Shown: positions 31,926 to 40,036 of the stretch, piece by piece
Numbering within the stretch: the first letter of the stretch is position 1
Layout of the letters: the number at the start of each line of letters is the position of its first letter
Assembly: GCA_964567205.1 (NCBI GenBank)
Contig: CAZMKW010000002.1
Span: forward strand, 1 to 45,601
Reading direction: 5' to 3'
Origin: an uncultured Candidatus Saccharibacteria bacterium
Lineage (GTDB): Bacteria; Patescibacteriota; Minisyncoccia; Minisyncoccales; Staskawiczbacteraceae
Length of the DNA stretch: 45,601 nt
Notes under the pieces: generated by a model
What the model was told of the DNA's origin: nothing
The model's input: only the letters and a program-made list of their open reading frames with translations
Database searches by the model: none
Translations under genes and position numbers: made by a program

Positions 31926-33335
31926 ATGGAAAATGGTGAAAATAAAAATATAGACAGTGCGCGAGAAACAGAGGCGCAAAAAGCTTATGCCGAAGAATTA
32001 AGAAAAGCAGGAATTATATCGCAAGAAGCTCCGCCCGATCCTGGTTTAGAAATGATGCCTCCACCAGAAAAAAAACTATCAGAACCTGCGCAAGGACCAG
32101 CCGAGGAATTATCTAAAGAAGAAATAAAAATACGCGCAGATGTCGCAGCGCTAAAACGAATGGCTGAGGAACACGAAAAGGGATCACGAGACGCAGTGGG
32201 AGAAACTATTTCTTCAGAGACACAAACAACCGCACAAACCGAAGTAGAAAAAGAACCAAAAGCTCAAGAACTTGAAAAAGAAAAAACGCTTAGGGAAAGA
32301 ATTTCTGATTTGAGGATAGAAGTTAAAGCCATGGTTCCGGGAACAGAAGACGCAAAAAAGAAACAAGAAGAATTAAAAACTCTAATAGTAGAATCAAAAG
32401 ACCATGCCCATGAGTTTTTATCGTCTGCTGATGTTACAAAAGAAAAACCGCGAAAATTAGCAGAAAGCTTTAGAGAGCTCACAGAAAAAGAAAATGAAGA
32501 GCCGCGTAATTTGGCGTGGGAAATAAATAAGATGGCAGAAAAAAGGCTCGAAACAGATGGATTGAAAATTATAAAAGGTCCCGAAGCAATAAAGGAGCAT
32601 AGGGATAAATTGGTGAAAAAAGAAGAAATCGAAATTCAGAAAGGCCAGCGGGACAAGGCCATTTCTGTTTGTTGGGCGCGCCTTTCGGAAAAAGAAAAAG
32701 CAAAACTCCAATCTACGGAATCACCCGCGTTTAAAGATTATATTAAAGGTCACGCGCAAAGATTGGGCGTTGCCGAAGATATATTTTATAGTTTAGTCGG
32801 CGCCGGAATTGTACCAGAAAAAACAAAAAAAGGATGGCTGGGCGGTTATAAAATTATGGATTCACACTTTCCCGGCTTAAAGAGCGTGTCTACAGAAGAG
32901 TTTAATAGGGTCACAGCAGAAATACAGAATGCGCAGTTTGAAGGGGTCGCCAAGCTCGCGGAGGCCCGCGCTGACTCGATAATTACCGAAGGTAAAAAGC
33001 TTCTACGGGTTACCAAGCGTATGTGCACAGAGAACATAATACAACAAGCAGTTTCAGGTTACAGTATAGAAAAGATAGAAAAGCAGTTAGAAGAGGTACG
33101 AGCATTGTTGGCCGCCAAGGAGAATGAAGCGAAAAATAGACAAGGGAAAAAACGCGGAGTTGGTGCAAGTGGCCCCAAAGAAAAATCGGGGCGGGAGAAA
33201 AATGGTCGTGGAAAGCCGAGCACACCGACAAGGCGTAGGAGGGTTGAAGTAACTAGGGTACCCCACACAGATATTATAAAAAGTAATAATTCTAATAGGA
33301 GGAATGGGCGATCAAAAATGTTGCCCAGCAAATAA
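31926..33335 (+). CDS. Hypothetical K/E-rich protein with arginine-rich tail
   Basis: 469-aa ORF, highly charged, with C-terminal 'RGKPSTPTRRRRVEV'. A hand count of 32101-32200 gives about 47% G+C. I recognise no family. Confidence 0.5.
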   Translation: MENGENKNIDSARETEAQKAYAEELRKAGIISQEAPPDPGLEMMPPPEKKLSEPAQGPAEELSKEEIKIRADVAALKRMAEEHEKGSRDAVGETISSETQTTAQTEVEKEPKAQELEKEKTLRERISDLRIEVKAMVPGTEDAKKKQEELKTLIVESKDHAHEFLSSADVTKEKPRKLAESFRELTEKENEEPRNLAWEINKMAEKRLETDGLKIIKGPEAIKEHRDKLVKKEEIEIQKGQRDKAISVCWARLSEKEKAKLQSTESPAFKDYIKGHAQRLGVAEDIFYSLVGAGIVPEKTKKGWLGGYKIMDSHFPGLKSVSTEEFNRVTAEIQNAQFEGVAKLAEARADSIITEGKKLLRVTKRMCTENIIQQAVSGYSIEKIEKQLEEVRALLAAKENEAKNRQGKKRGVGASGPKEKSGREKNGRGKPSTPTRRRRVEVTRVPHTDIIKSNNSNRRNGRSKMLPSK

Positions 33336-33338
33336 AAC

Positions 33339-33366
33339 TAAAAAGCCCGGTTATCCGGGCTTTTTA
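33339..33366. terminator. Bidirectional terminator overlapping the uvrB stop
   Basis: aaaaagcccgg-ttat-ccgggcttttt. Confidence 0.75.
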
Positions 33367-35378
33367 GTTTGAAGTTTATTTATTAAATCTCTAATTTCAG
33401 CTGCCCGCTCAAAGTCCAGGTTTTTGGCCGCGGTTTTCATTTCTTTTTCCAGAAGTTTTTTGTCGTGTATGGCAAAAAATTCTTCCGCTATGCTTTCCTG
33501 TTCTGAGTGAGCAGAGCGAGTCGAGGGGTTGGAAAATTTCCAATCTCTAATATCTGTGATAATTGTTTTGGGGATTATATTATTTTTTTTGTTGTATTTT
33601 TCCTGAATTTTTCTTCTTCTATCGATTTCGGTTATAGCCGACTGCATAGAAAAAGTTATTTTATCGGCATACAAAATTACTCGACCATTAAGATGGCGCG
33701 CAGCCCTGCCCATTGTTTGTATTAAAGTTGTTTTGTTTCTTAAAAATCCTTCTTTGTCGGCGTCTAAAATTGCCACCAAAGAAACTTCGGGCAAATCAAT
33801 CCCCTCTCTTAAAAGATTTATTCCAACTAAAACATCGTATTTTCCTTCGCGTAAATTTTTTAAAATTTCCGGCCTTTCCATAGTTTTAACCTCGGAGTGC
33901 AGGTATTGGGTTTTAATACCTTTTTCTACTAAGTAATCAGAAATTTCTTCTGCCAACCTTTTTGTTAAAGTAAGTACAAGAACTCTTTGTTTTTTCTCAA
34001 CAGTTTTTTTAATCTCTTCAATTAAATCTTTAATCTGATTTTCTGTTTTTTTTATTTCAATTAACGGCTCCAATAAGCCGGTAGGTCTTATAATTTGTTC
34101 TATAATATGTTTTCCTGATTTCTTTTGTTCAAAATCAGCCGGCGTGGCGGAAACATAAATTGTCTTATTTTGCCGTTTTTCAAATTCAGAAAAAGTTAAG
34201 GGCCTATTGTCAATTGCTGATGGCAGACGAAATCCAAAATCAATTAAAGTTTGTTTTCTAATTTTATCTTGAATTGACATGGCTCTTATTTGAGAAATAG
34301 AAATATGAGATTCATCTATAAACATTAAGAATCCTCCAGATTCTTGTCCTGAGCGAGCAGAGCGAGTCGAAGGATTAAAATATCCAAAGTAATCAACCAG
34401 TGAAAAAGGAGGCGATCCTGGTTTTCTAAATTCCATATGGGAGGAATAATTTTCGATGCCCTGGCACCTTCCGGTTTCGGTGAGCATTTCCAAATCATAA
34501 TTCGTTCTTTGCTCTAATCTTTCTGCCTCCAGATTCTTTCCTAATTTTTTAAGTTTTATTAATTGGTCTTTTAACTCTAATTTTATATTTGCAATTGCAA
34601 TTTTTAATTTGTCTTGCGGTGCCACCCAAAAAGTTGCCGGAAACAATCGCAAGTTTGAAATTTGAAATTTGAAATTTAAAATTGCGGAATTTTTGCCGGG
34701 CACCGCATAAGAAATTTTATTTATTAAATCTCCGTTGAGTTCTATCCTGAAAACTTTTTCACCCGTAACGGCAAAAATTTCGATTATGTCTCCCCTGACA
34801 CGGAAAGTACCTGGTTTAAATTCAATGTCATTTCTTTGGTATTGAAGGCTTGTTAATAAAAACAAAAAATCTTTTCTTTTTATTTTTTGATTTACATATA
34901 TTTCCAAAGAGGTGCCACCATAATTTTCTGGCGACCCAATATTATAAATGCAAGAGACCGAGGCAACCACAATTACATCCTTTCTCTGAGTTACGTCCTG
35001 GACTGCCGCATGCCTCAACCTGTCGATTTCTTCGTTGATTTTTGCGTCCTTCTCTATATATGTATCCGATTGGGGAATATATGCTTCGGGTTGGTAGTAG
35101 TCGTAATAAGAAACAAAATAGTGCACTGCGTTGTTTGGAAAAAATTCTTTAAACTCCTGGTAAAGCTGGGCAGCTAAAGTTTTATTGGGAGAAATTATTA
35201 GAGTCGGCTTCTGGATTTTTTGTATAACATTCGCTAAAGTAAAAGTTTTTCCGCTACCCGTAACACCTAAAAGCACCTGGTCTTTAATCCCAGATTTTAA
35301 ATTTTTAACCAGCTGTTTTATCGCCATTGGCTGATCTCCCGTTGGTCGATATTTTGATATTAAATTGAATTTACTCAT
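33351..35378 (-). CDS. uvrB: Excinuclease ABC subunit B
   Basis: 675 aa. Has 'GVTGSGKTFT', 'IDESH', 'TMGRAARH' and a C-terminal UVR motif 'LDFERAAEIRD'. Confidence 0.95.
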   Translation of the reverse strand: MSKFNLISKYRPTGDQPMAIKQLVKNLKSGIKDQVLLGVTGSGKTFTLANVIQKIQKPTLIISPNKTLAAQLYQEFKEFFPNNAVHYFVSYYDYYQPEAYIPQSDTYIEKDAKINEEIDRLRHAAVQDVTQRKDVIVVASVSCIYNIGSPENYGGTSLEIYVNQKIKRKDFLFLLTSLQYQRNDIEFKPGTFRVRGDIIEIFAVTGEKVFRIELNGDLINKISYAVPGKNSAILNFKFQISNLRLFPATFWVAPQDKLKIAIANIKLELKDQLIKLKKLGKNLEAERLEQRTNYDLEMLTETGRCQGIENYSSHMEFRKPGSPPFSLVDYFGYFNPSTRSARSGQESGGFLMFIDESHISISQIRAMSIQDKIRKQTLIDFGFRLPSAIDNRPLTFSEFEKRQNKTIYVSATPADFEQKKSGKHIIEQIIRPTGLLEPLIEIKKTENQIKDLIEEIKKTVEKKQRVLVLTLTKRLAEEISDYLVEKGIKTQYLHSEVKTMERPEILKNLREGKYDVLVGINLLREGIDLPEVSLVAILDADKEGFLRNKTTLIQTMGRAARHLNGRVILYADKITFSMQSAITEIDRRRKIQEKYNKKNNIIPKTIITDIRDWKFSNPSTRSAHSEQESIAEEFFAIHDKKLLEKEMKTAAKNLDFERAAEIRDLINKLQTKKPG
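33503..33528 (-). repeat. In-frame short repeat element in uvrB (copy 1, before the UVR domain)
   Basis: Coding strand cccctcgactcgctctgctcactcag encodes 'PSTRSAHS(EQES)'. It is near-identical to the copy at 34348-34373. Confidence 0.75.
34348..34373 (-). repeat. In-frame short repeat element in uvrB (copy 2, just before the DESH box)
   Basis: Coding strand ccttcgactcgctctgctcgctcagg encodes 'PSTRSARSG(QES)'. Confidence 0.75.
34653..34683 (-). repeat. AAATTTC heptanucleotide tandem tract inside uvrB
   Basis: The coding strand reads aattttaaatttcaaatttcaaatttcaaac (3 perfect AAATTTC units plus degenerate flanks), translated as 'ILNFKFQISN'. Confidence 0.85.
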
Positions 35379-35487
35379 TGCTGGGGATGGCTTGCCCCGT
35401 AGGCAGCTTTGCTGTTCTACTGGGGTCGCCGGTTGGCTTAAATTTTGATTTTAGCTCAAATTTCATATACTATATAGATAATACGTT

Positions 35488-36048
35488 ATGATAGCATTTT
35501 TAGAGGGTAGAATTATATTAAAAAAGGATAAATTTGTGATTTTGGAGGTGGTCGGCGTTGGCTATAAGGTTTTTTTGAACCGCCAGAATTTATCCAAATT
35601 ACCAGAAATCGGAGAAAATCTCAAGGTTTTCACTTACCAAAACGTAAAAGAGGAGGCCTTAGATTTATACGGATTTTTTACATACGATGAGCTGGAATTT
35701 TTTGAAACATTAATGGATATACGGGGAGTGGGTCCCAGGTCTGCTTTAGATATTTCAGCTTTGGGGTCTTTGGATAAAATAAAAGACAGAATATTAAAAC
35801 AGGACGAAAAGATTTTTGAAGGGATTCCGGGCATCGGCTCAAAAAAGGCAATGACAATAATTTTGGAACTTACAGGAAAAATAAAAATGCTTGGTCAAAA
35901 AAAGGGTTCTGCTGACGAAGCAGAAGATGCCCTAACACAGCTTGGATTTTCAAAACAGCAGGCAAAAGACGCCCTAAGCCGTGTTTCCACTAGCGTAAAA
36001 GATCCGGAAGAGCGCATAAAACTCGCATTAAAAAACTTAGGGAAATGA
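35488..36048 (+). CDS. ruvA: Holliday junction DNA helicase subunit RuvA
   Basis: 186 aa. Has 'MIAFLEGRI....VILEVVGVGYKVF' and HhH 'GIPGIGSKKA'. Confidence 0.9.
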   Translation: MIAFLEGRIILKKDKFVILEVVGVGYKVFLNRQNLSKLPEIGENLKVFTYQNVKEEALDLYGFFTYDELEFFETLMDIRGVGPRSALDISALGSLDKIKDRILKQDEKIFEGIPGIGSKKAMTIILELTGKIKMLGQKKGSADEAEDALTQLGFSKQQAKDALSRVSTSVKDPEERIKLALKNLGK

Positions 36049-37235
36049 GATTAAAAGAGTTGATTAAAAAAATTGTGCCGAAGTTTCTACTAAGAGCTTA
36101 TCATTTTTGCTGGGCGTTTTTGGGCGCCTGTTATTTTGGGTTCCCGGGAATGGGTAAAAAAATTAAGATTATTGGAGTAACGGGCACAAGTGGCAAGTCA
36201 ACAACCGTTGATTTTATAACAAGAATATTGGAAGAAGCCGGCAATAAGGTTGCGTCTATATCAACGATAAGATTTAAAATCGCAGATAAAGAATGGGAAA
36301 ATAAGTACAAGATGTCTATGCCGGGACGTTTTGTAATTCAGAAATTTTTAAGGCAGGCCAAGTTGGCCAGTTGTGGCTTTGTTGTTTTGGAAGTTACATC
36401 AGAAGGCATAAGGCAATTTCGCCACAAGTTTATAAATTTTGATTGTGCTGTTTTTACAAATTTATCGCCCGAGCACATAGAATCGCACGGAAGTTTTGAG
36501 AATTACAGAAATGAAAAATTGAAGTTATTTAGGGCAACAAAAAACGTCCACATAATAAATACTGATGACAAAAACTCAAAATATTTTTGGGATATTCCTG
36601 CAAAACAAAAAATCGGATTTTCAATTAAAGACGCTAGTAGTCTGGATTTCAAATTGAATCTAATCGGAGACTTTAATATTTTAAATGCATTAGCCGCAAT
36701 ATCTGTGGCAAAAGCCTACGGAATTAATTTTGACATTTGTAAAAAAGCTTTGGAAAAAGCAAAAGCTATATTCGGGAGGATGGAAGTTATCGCTGAAAAT
36801 CCCGTGAAGGTTATTGTTGATTATGCTCATACGCCAGACCAGCTCGAAGCGGTTTATAAAACCTTTGAGGGGGAAAATTTGGTTTGCGTTTTGGGTTCTT
36901 GTGGCGGTGGCAGAGATAAATGGAAGAGACCGGTATTGGGAGAAATTGCTAAAAAATATTGTAAGGAAATTATTATCACTAATGAAGATCCGTATGACGA
37001 GAATCCAATGGAAATTATAAATCAGGTTGCAGAAACCGCTGGCCAGAATGCTAAAAAAATATTAGACAGAAAGGAGGCCATAGAAACCGCGGTAAAATTG
37101 GCAAAGCCGGGGGAAGTTGTTATGATCACAGGAAAAGGGTCAGAGCCATGGATGTGCGTAGAAAATGGACGTAAAATTCCATGGGATGATCGGCAAATAG
37201 TTAAGGACGCGATAAATAAAAGTATAAAAAAATAA
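36045..37235 (+). CDS. Mur ligase family protein (MurE-like, lacking the usual N-terminal domain)
   Basis: 396 aa. Has 'IIGVTGTSGKSTT' and 'DYAHTPD'. Its start overlaps the ruvA stop (ATGA). Confidence 0.7.
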   Translation: MRLKELIKKIVPKFLLRAYHFCWAFLGACYFGFPGMGKKIKIIGVTGTSGKSTTVDFITRILEEAGNKVASISTIRFKIADKEWENKYKMSMPGRFVIQKFLRQAKLASCGFVVLEVTSEGIRQFRHKFINFDCAVFTNLSPEHIESHGSFENYRNEKLKLFRATKNVHIINTDDKNSKYFWDIPAKQKIGFSIKDASSLDFKLNLIGDFNILNALAAISVAKAYGINFDICKKALEKAKAIFGRMEVIAENPVKVIVDYAHTPDQLEAVYKTFEGENLVCVLGSCGGGRDKWKRPVLGEIAKKYCKEIIITNEDPYDENPMEIINQVAETAGQNAKKILDRKEAIETAVKLAKPGEVVMITGKGSEPWMCVENGRKIPWDDRQIVKDAINKSIKK

Positions 37236-37239
37236 AATT

Positions 37240-37587
37240 ATGACAACAGAACGTTCAAGAGGAGAAAATCAAGAAAGAGAAAATAATCCCGACCAGGCTG
37301 CGGTCGCGGTTTTAAACGAAGCCGTGTCTAACGCCGAAGTCAAGGAGGCGGTAGAGAACAATCCTGTCCCTCCGTCTGTCAAAAAAGCTAAAGAATATTT
37401 TAAGGAAGGCAGTAAATATGCGCTTAGCACGGGGAGTGTTATTTTTCAGACTGTTTGGGGATTAATTTCAGGTTTATTTAAACTAGCCAAAGAAGCCGTG
37501 GTAAAAAAGGGTAATGTTGGGTATAATAGGGGCAAAGAAATTGGAAAAGAGTCGTCTTTGATTGATGATAAAAAAGATAAAAAATAA
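37240..37587 (+). CDS. Hypothetical protein
   Basis: 115-aa ORF, tightly packed after the Mur ligase gene. I recognise no family. Confidence 0.4.
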   Translation: MTTERSRGENQERENNPDQAAVAVLNEAVSNAEVKEAVENNPVPPSVKKAKEYFKEGSKYALSTGSVIFQTVWGLISGLFKLAKEAVVKKGNVGYNRGKEIGKESSLIDDKKDKK

Positions 37588-37592
37588 TAAAA

Positions 37593-37874
37593 ATGAAGCC
37601 AGACAAAAATAAAACACCAGAAGATCTACCCGAAGATCAAAAAAAGCTTGGATTAAGGGTTTTTGATTTGGTGCTTGATAGAGTTTTAAGAAGAGTTTAT
37701 TTGGAATTTAATGAAGCAGAAAAGAGCGAGATGGAAAAAGCTTTTTCTTCGGATAGTGACAAAGAAAGAGAAAAATTTATCAAAAAATATGTGCCTAACT
37801 TTAAAGAACTTTTTGAGGAGGAAGCCAAAAAAATTGAGGCTGAACTTAAGGTTGAAATAGAAAAGCAGGTTTGA
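37593..37874 (+). CDS. Hypothetical charged helical protein
   Basis: 93-aa ORF, 5 nt after the previous stop. I recognise no family. Confidence 0.4.
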   Translation: MKPDKNKTPEDLPEDQKKLGLRVFDLVLDRVLRRVYLEFNEAEKSEMEKAFSSDSDKEREKFIKKYVPNFKELFEEEAKKIEAELKVEIEKQV

Positions 37875-37950
37875 CGGCCGCCTGCGGATAATTTGCTTTT
37901 TGTCTTAATTTATGGTAAAGTATAAAAGACAGAGAAATCGTCTTTTTTTG

Positions 37951-37979
37951 TTGAGAAATCGCTTATTAATTTATATAAT
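37951..37979 (+). promoter_or_regulatory. Sigma70-like promoter TTGAGA-N17-TATAAT
   Basis: ttgaga at 37951-37956 and tataat at 37974-37979, upstream of a small basic ORF and the NIF3-like gene. Confidence 0.45.
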
Positions 37980-38033
37980 AATTCGCCCGGTCGATATGAA
38001 AAAAATACGCTCATATTTTCCCTGCTTACCATT

Positions 38034-38177
38034 ATGGAAAACCAAAAAAGAGTACCGAACTCGGTAAAAAAATTTATCCGCACTCAGAAGGCGCAGATAC
38101 GTCGCCAGTTTTGGGACGTTAAAAAACAAGAGGAAATGATTAAAGAAATGTACAATAAGCTTAGTTTAGCAAAATAG
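38034..38177 (+). CDS. Possible small basic protein (47 aa)
   Basis: Not in the track. Translation: MENQKRVPNSVKKFIRTQKAQIRRQFWDVKKQEEMIKEMYNKLSLAK. It lies downstream of the promoter above and ends 7 nt before the next gene. Confidence 0.3.
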   Translation: MENQKRVPNSVKKFIRTQKAQIRRQFWDVKKQEEMIKEMYNKLSLAK

Positions 38178-38184
38178 TATATAT

Positions 38185-39135
38185 ATGAAGATACAAGATA
38201 TTTACAACTTAATGCTCAAAATGGGTATGGACTCTGATTTTAGGGGCAGAGACGGTGTACAAAAATTATTGGATGGCAAGAAAAAAAAGTTTGATAAATT
38301 GTCAGAAAAAGACAAGGAAGATTTTGACAAAGACGCGCTGGAAAATCCATATTTAGACTCGGGGGTTTATAATATCTCTGATGATAAAGAAATTAAAAAG
38401 GTTTTAGTTGGAATAGATATTGGATCAGAAGAAGTTTTGATTGCAAAAGAATTAGGAGACATTGATTTGGTTATTGCTCATCACCCGATGGGAAAAGGAT
38501 TAGCCCAATTAGCAGACGTTATGGAACTGCAGGCAGATGTTTATAATTATTATGGAGTGCCGATTAATGTTGCAGAAGGCTTGATGAGAGAAAGAATTTC
38601 AGAAGTTGCCAGAGGAGTTAATGCATCAAACCATCAAAGAACAGTTGATGCGGCCAAGCTCATGAAAGTTAACTTGATGAACTCTCACACTCCTTGCGAT
38701 AATTTAGCAGCTCAATTTTTAAAGAACTTTATTGAGGGAAAGAATATAACCACAGTGGGAGAGTTAATAGACGCCCTAAAAGAGATCCCAGAATATAAAG
38801 AGGCAATGAAAATTGGGGTAGGTCCTAAAATTTTTGTTGGATCTCCTAATAATCGTTGTGGAAAAATAGCGATGGCTGAAATAACCGGAGGCACAGAGGG
38901 TTCTCCCAAGCTTTACGAAAAAATGGCTCAAGCGGGAGTTGGTACCGTTGTCGGCATGCATATTTCCGAAGACCATAAAAAAGAGGCCGAAGCAGCAAAC
39001 GTTAATATTGTAATTGCTGGCCATATTTCTTCAGATTCTTTGGGCGTTAATTTATTTATGGATGAGCTGGAAAAACAAGGAATAGAAATTGTGTCTTGTT
39101 CTGGATTTACAAGATTTTCGAGGATCAGCAAATAA
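38185..39135 (+). CDS. NIF3/YbgI-family dinuclear metal centre protein
   Basis: 316 aa. 'DLVIAHHPM' and a C-terminal 'GHISSD'-type histidine cluster are consistent with the NIF3 family. Confidence 0.6.
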   Translation: MKIQDIYNLMLKMGMDSDFRGRDGVQKLLDGKKKKFDKLSEKDKEDFDKDALENPYLDSGVYNISDDKEIKKVLVGIDIGSEEVLIAKELGDIDLVIAHHPMGKGLAQLADVMELQADVYNYYGVPINVAEGLMRERISEVARGVNASNHQRTVDAAKLMKVNLMNSHTPCDNLAAQFLKNFIEGKNITTVGELIDALKEIPEYKEAMKIGVGPKIFVGSPNNRCGKIAMAEITGGTEGSPKLYEKMAQAGVGTVVGMHISEDHKKEAEAANVNIVIAGHISSDSLGVNLFMDELEKQGIEIVSCSGFTRFSRISK

Positions 39136-39181
39136 ACATGGAATATAAAAAACTGACTTTTAGTCAGTTTTTTGTTTATGT

Positions 39182-39195
39182 TGAGCTTGTCGAAG
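39182..39195 (-). repeat. Intergenic fragment of the CTTCGACA(A/G)GCTCA repeat family
   Basis: The plus strand tgagcttgtcgaag reads as cttcgacaagctca on the minus strand. It matches the comEA-gene copy cttcgacaggctca at 13/14. Confidence 0.5.
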
Positions 39196-39246
39196 TGTAA
39201 ATAGATGCTTCTATAGTTTAGTCTTGCTTGTTGTGTTTTAAAATAT

Positions 39247-39328
39247 GTCCCCGTAGTTCAATTGGATAGAACATCCCTCCCCACCTCCCCGAAGTAGAAG
39301 GCTGGCTGTTCAAATCAGCCCAGGGATA
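39247..39328 (+). tRNA. tRNA-like sequence with no foldable anticodon arm (probable tRNA pseudogene or tRNA-derived element)
   Basis: Acceptor gtccccg/cagggat gives 6 of 7 pairs including one G-U. D arm is gttc-aattggata-gaac; T arm is ggctg-ttcaaat-cagcc. The 30 nt between D and T arms (tccctccccacctccccgaagtagaaggct) are C-rich, and I could not form a 5-bp anticodon stem. Confidence 0.35.
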
Positions 39329-39377
39329 CATGTATAAAAACTGGGGATAGACAGTGTTTTTTAGGTGGATAAAACAA

Positions 39378-39405
39378 TTGACATTTAATTGTTTTAGAAT
39401 AAAAT
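39378..39405 (+). promoter_or_regulatory. Sigma70-like promoter TTGACA-N16-TAAAAT
   Basis: ttgaca at 39378-39383 and taaaat at 39400-39405. Confidence 0.45.
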
Positions 39406-39411
39406 AGCAGT

Positions 39412-39581
39412 TATGAGGGGGTGCGAGACTAGTGCTCAAGGACATAGTAGTTTGTAGCGAAAAAAGCGAAAGTATATACCTAAGTTCATTGTCCGAAGTT
39501 AGGCTCGAGAAACAGCTGAAATCGTTGTAAATTATTAACCCCCTCTTTAAAAACCATCAGGCATTGAACCTGGTGTTTTTT
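39412..39581 (+). ncRNA. Candidate ~170-nt small RNA (promoter to terminator, unknown class)
   Basis: It lies between the promoter above and the hairpin ccatcagg-cattgaa-cctggtg plus T6 (39554-39581). A closing helix gaggggg (39415-39421) / ccccctc (39539-39545) encloses about 117 nt. There is no plausible ORF. Confidence 0.35.
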
Positions 39582-39663
39582 AGTATAATCTTTAATTAGC
39601 ATAACCACTATGCTAATATAAGACAAAGGTCATATATATTAGTTAATAAGTAGTTTAAAAAAT

Positions 39664-39978
39664 ATGGTTATAAAAAAGAAATCGGCATCAAAACCTGCCC
39701 GCAAAGCTGTTGTTAAAACTTCAGCCAAAGAGGGTAAATTAATAGGCAGGATAACTCATTATTTTTCTAACATTGAGGTGGCTGTTATTAGGTTGGAGAC
39801 TTCCTTAAAAATAAGAGACATTATTAGAGTAGTCGGGGGACAAGAGACTGATTTTGAGCAAGAGGTTAGCTCTATGCAGGTTGACCATAAAGAAGTAAAA
39901 TCAGCCAAAAAGGGTGACTCTATAGGGATGAAAGTTGATGAAAAAGTTCACGAAGGATACAAGGTTTATAAGGTCTAA
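39664..39978 (+). CDS. Small translation-elongation-factor-like beta-barrel protein (EF-Tu domain-2-like)
   Basis: 104 aa. 'IGRITHYFSNIEVAVIRLETSLKIRDIIRVVGGQETDFEQEVSSMQVDHKEVKSAKKGDSIGMKV' matches the small EF-like proteins I recall from CPR and archaea. Confidence 0.5.
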   Translation: MVIKKKSASKPARKAVVKTSAKEGKLIGRITHYFSNIEVAVIRLETSLKIRDIIRVVGGQETDFEQEVSSMQVDHKEVKSAKKGDSIGMKVDEKVHEGYKVYKV

Positions 39979-40036
39979 GTTTTATAATAAGTTTAAAGTT
40001 TTACTGTCTCGCTTTGCGGGATGAATTTAAATTAAA

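Noticed and set aside
34653-34683. Short tandem repeats considered as a possible CRISPR array or minisatellite locus
   Set aside because: Units are 7 nt with no spacers and lie inside intact coding sequence. No repeat-spacer architecture or cas genes occur anywhere in the window.
35395-35425. GC-rich bulged hairpin (ccccgtag ... ctactgggg) in the uvrB upstream region, considered as a LexA-type operator or another repeat-family copy
   Set aside because: It has no similarity to SOS-box consensus sequences or to the other repeat families seen here. It is a single occurrence, so it is noted as a possible 5' UTR structure only.
37996-38064. Alternative 22-codon ORF starting at ATG 37996
   Set aside because: It is in a different frame from, and overlaps, the longer 47-aa basic ORF (38034..38177). 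It is too short and lacks any supporting signal.
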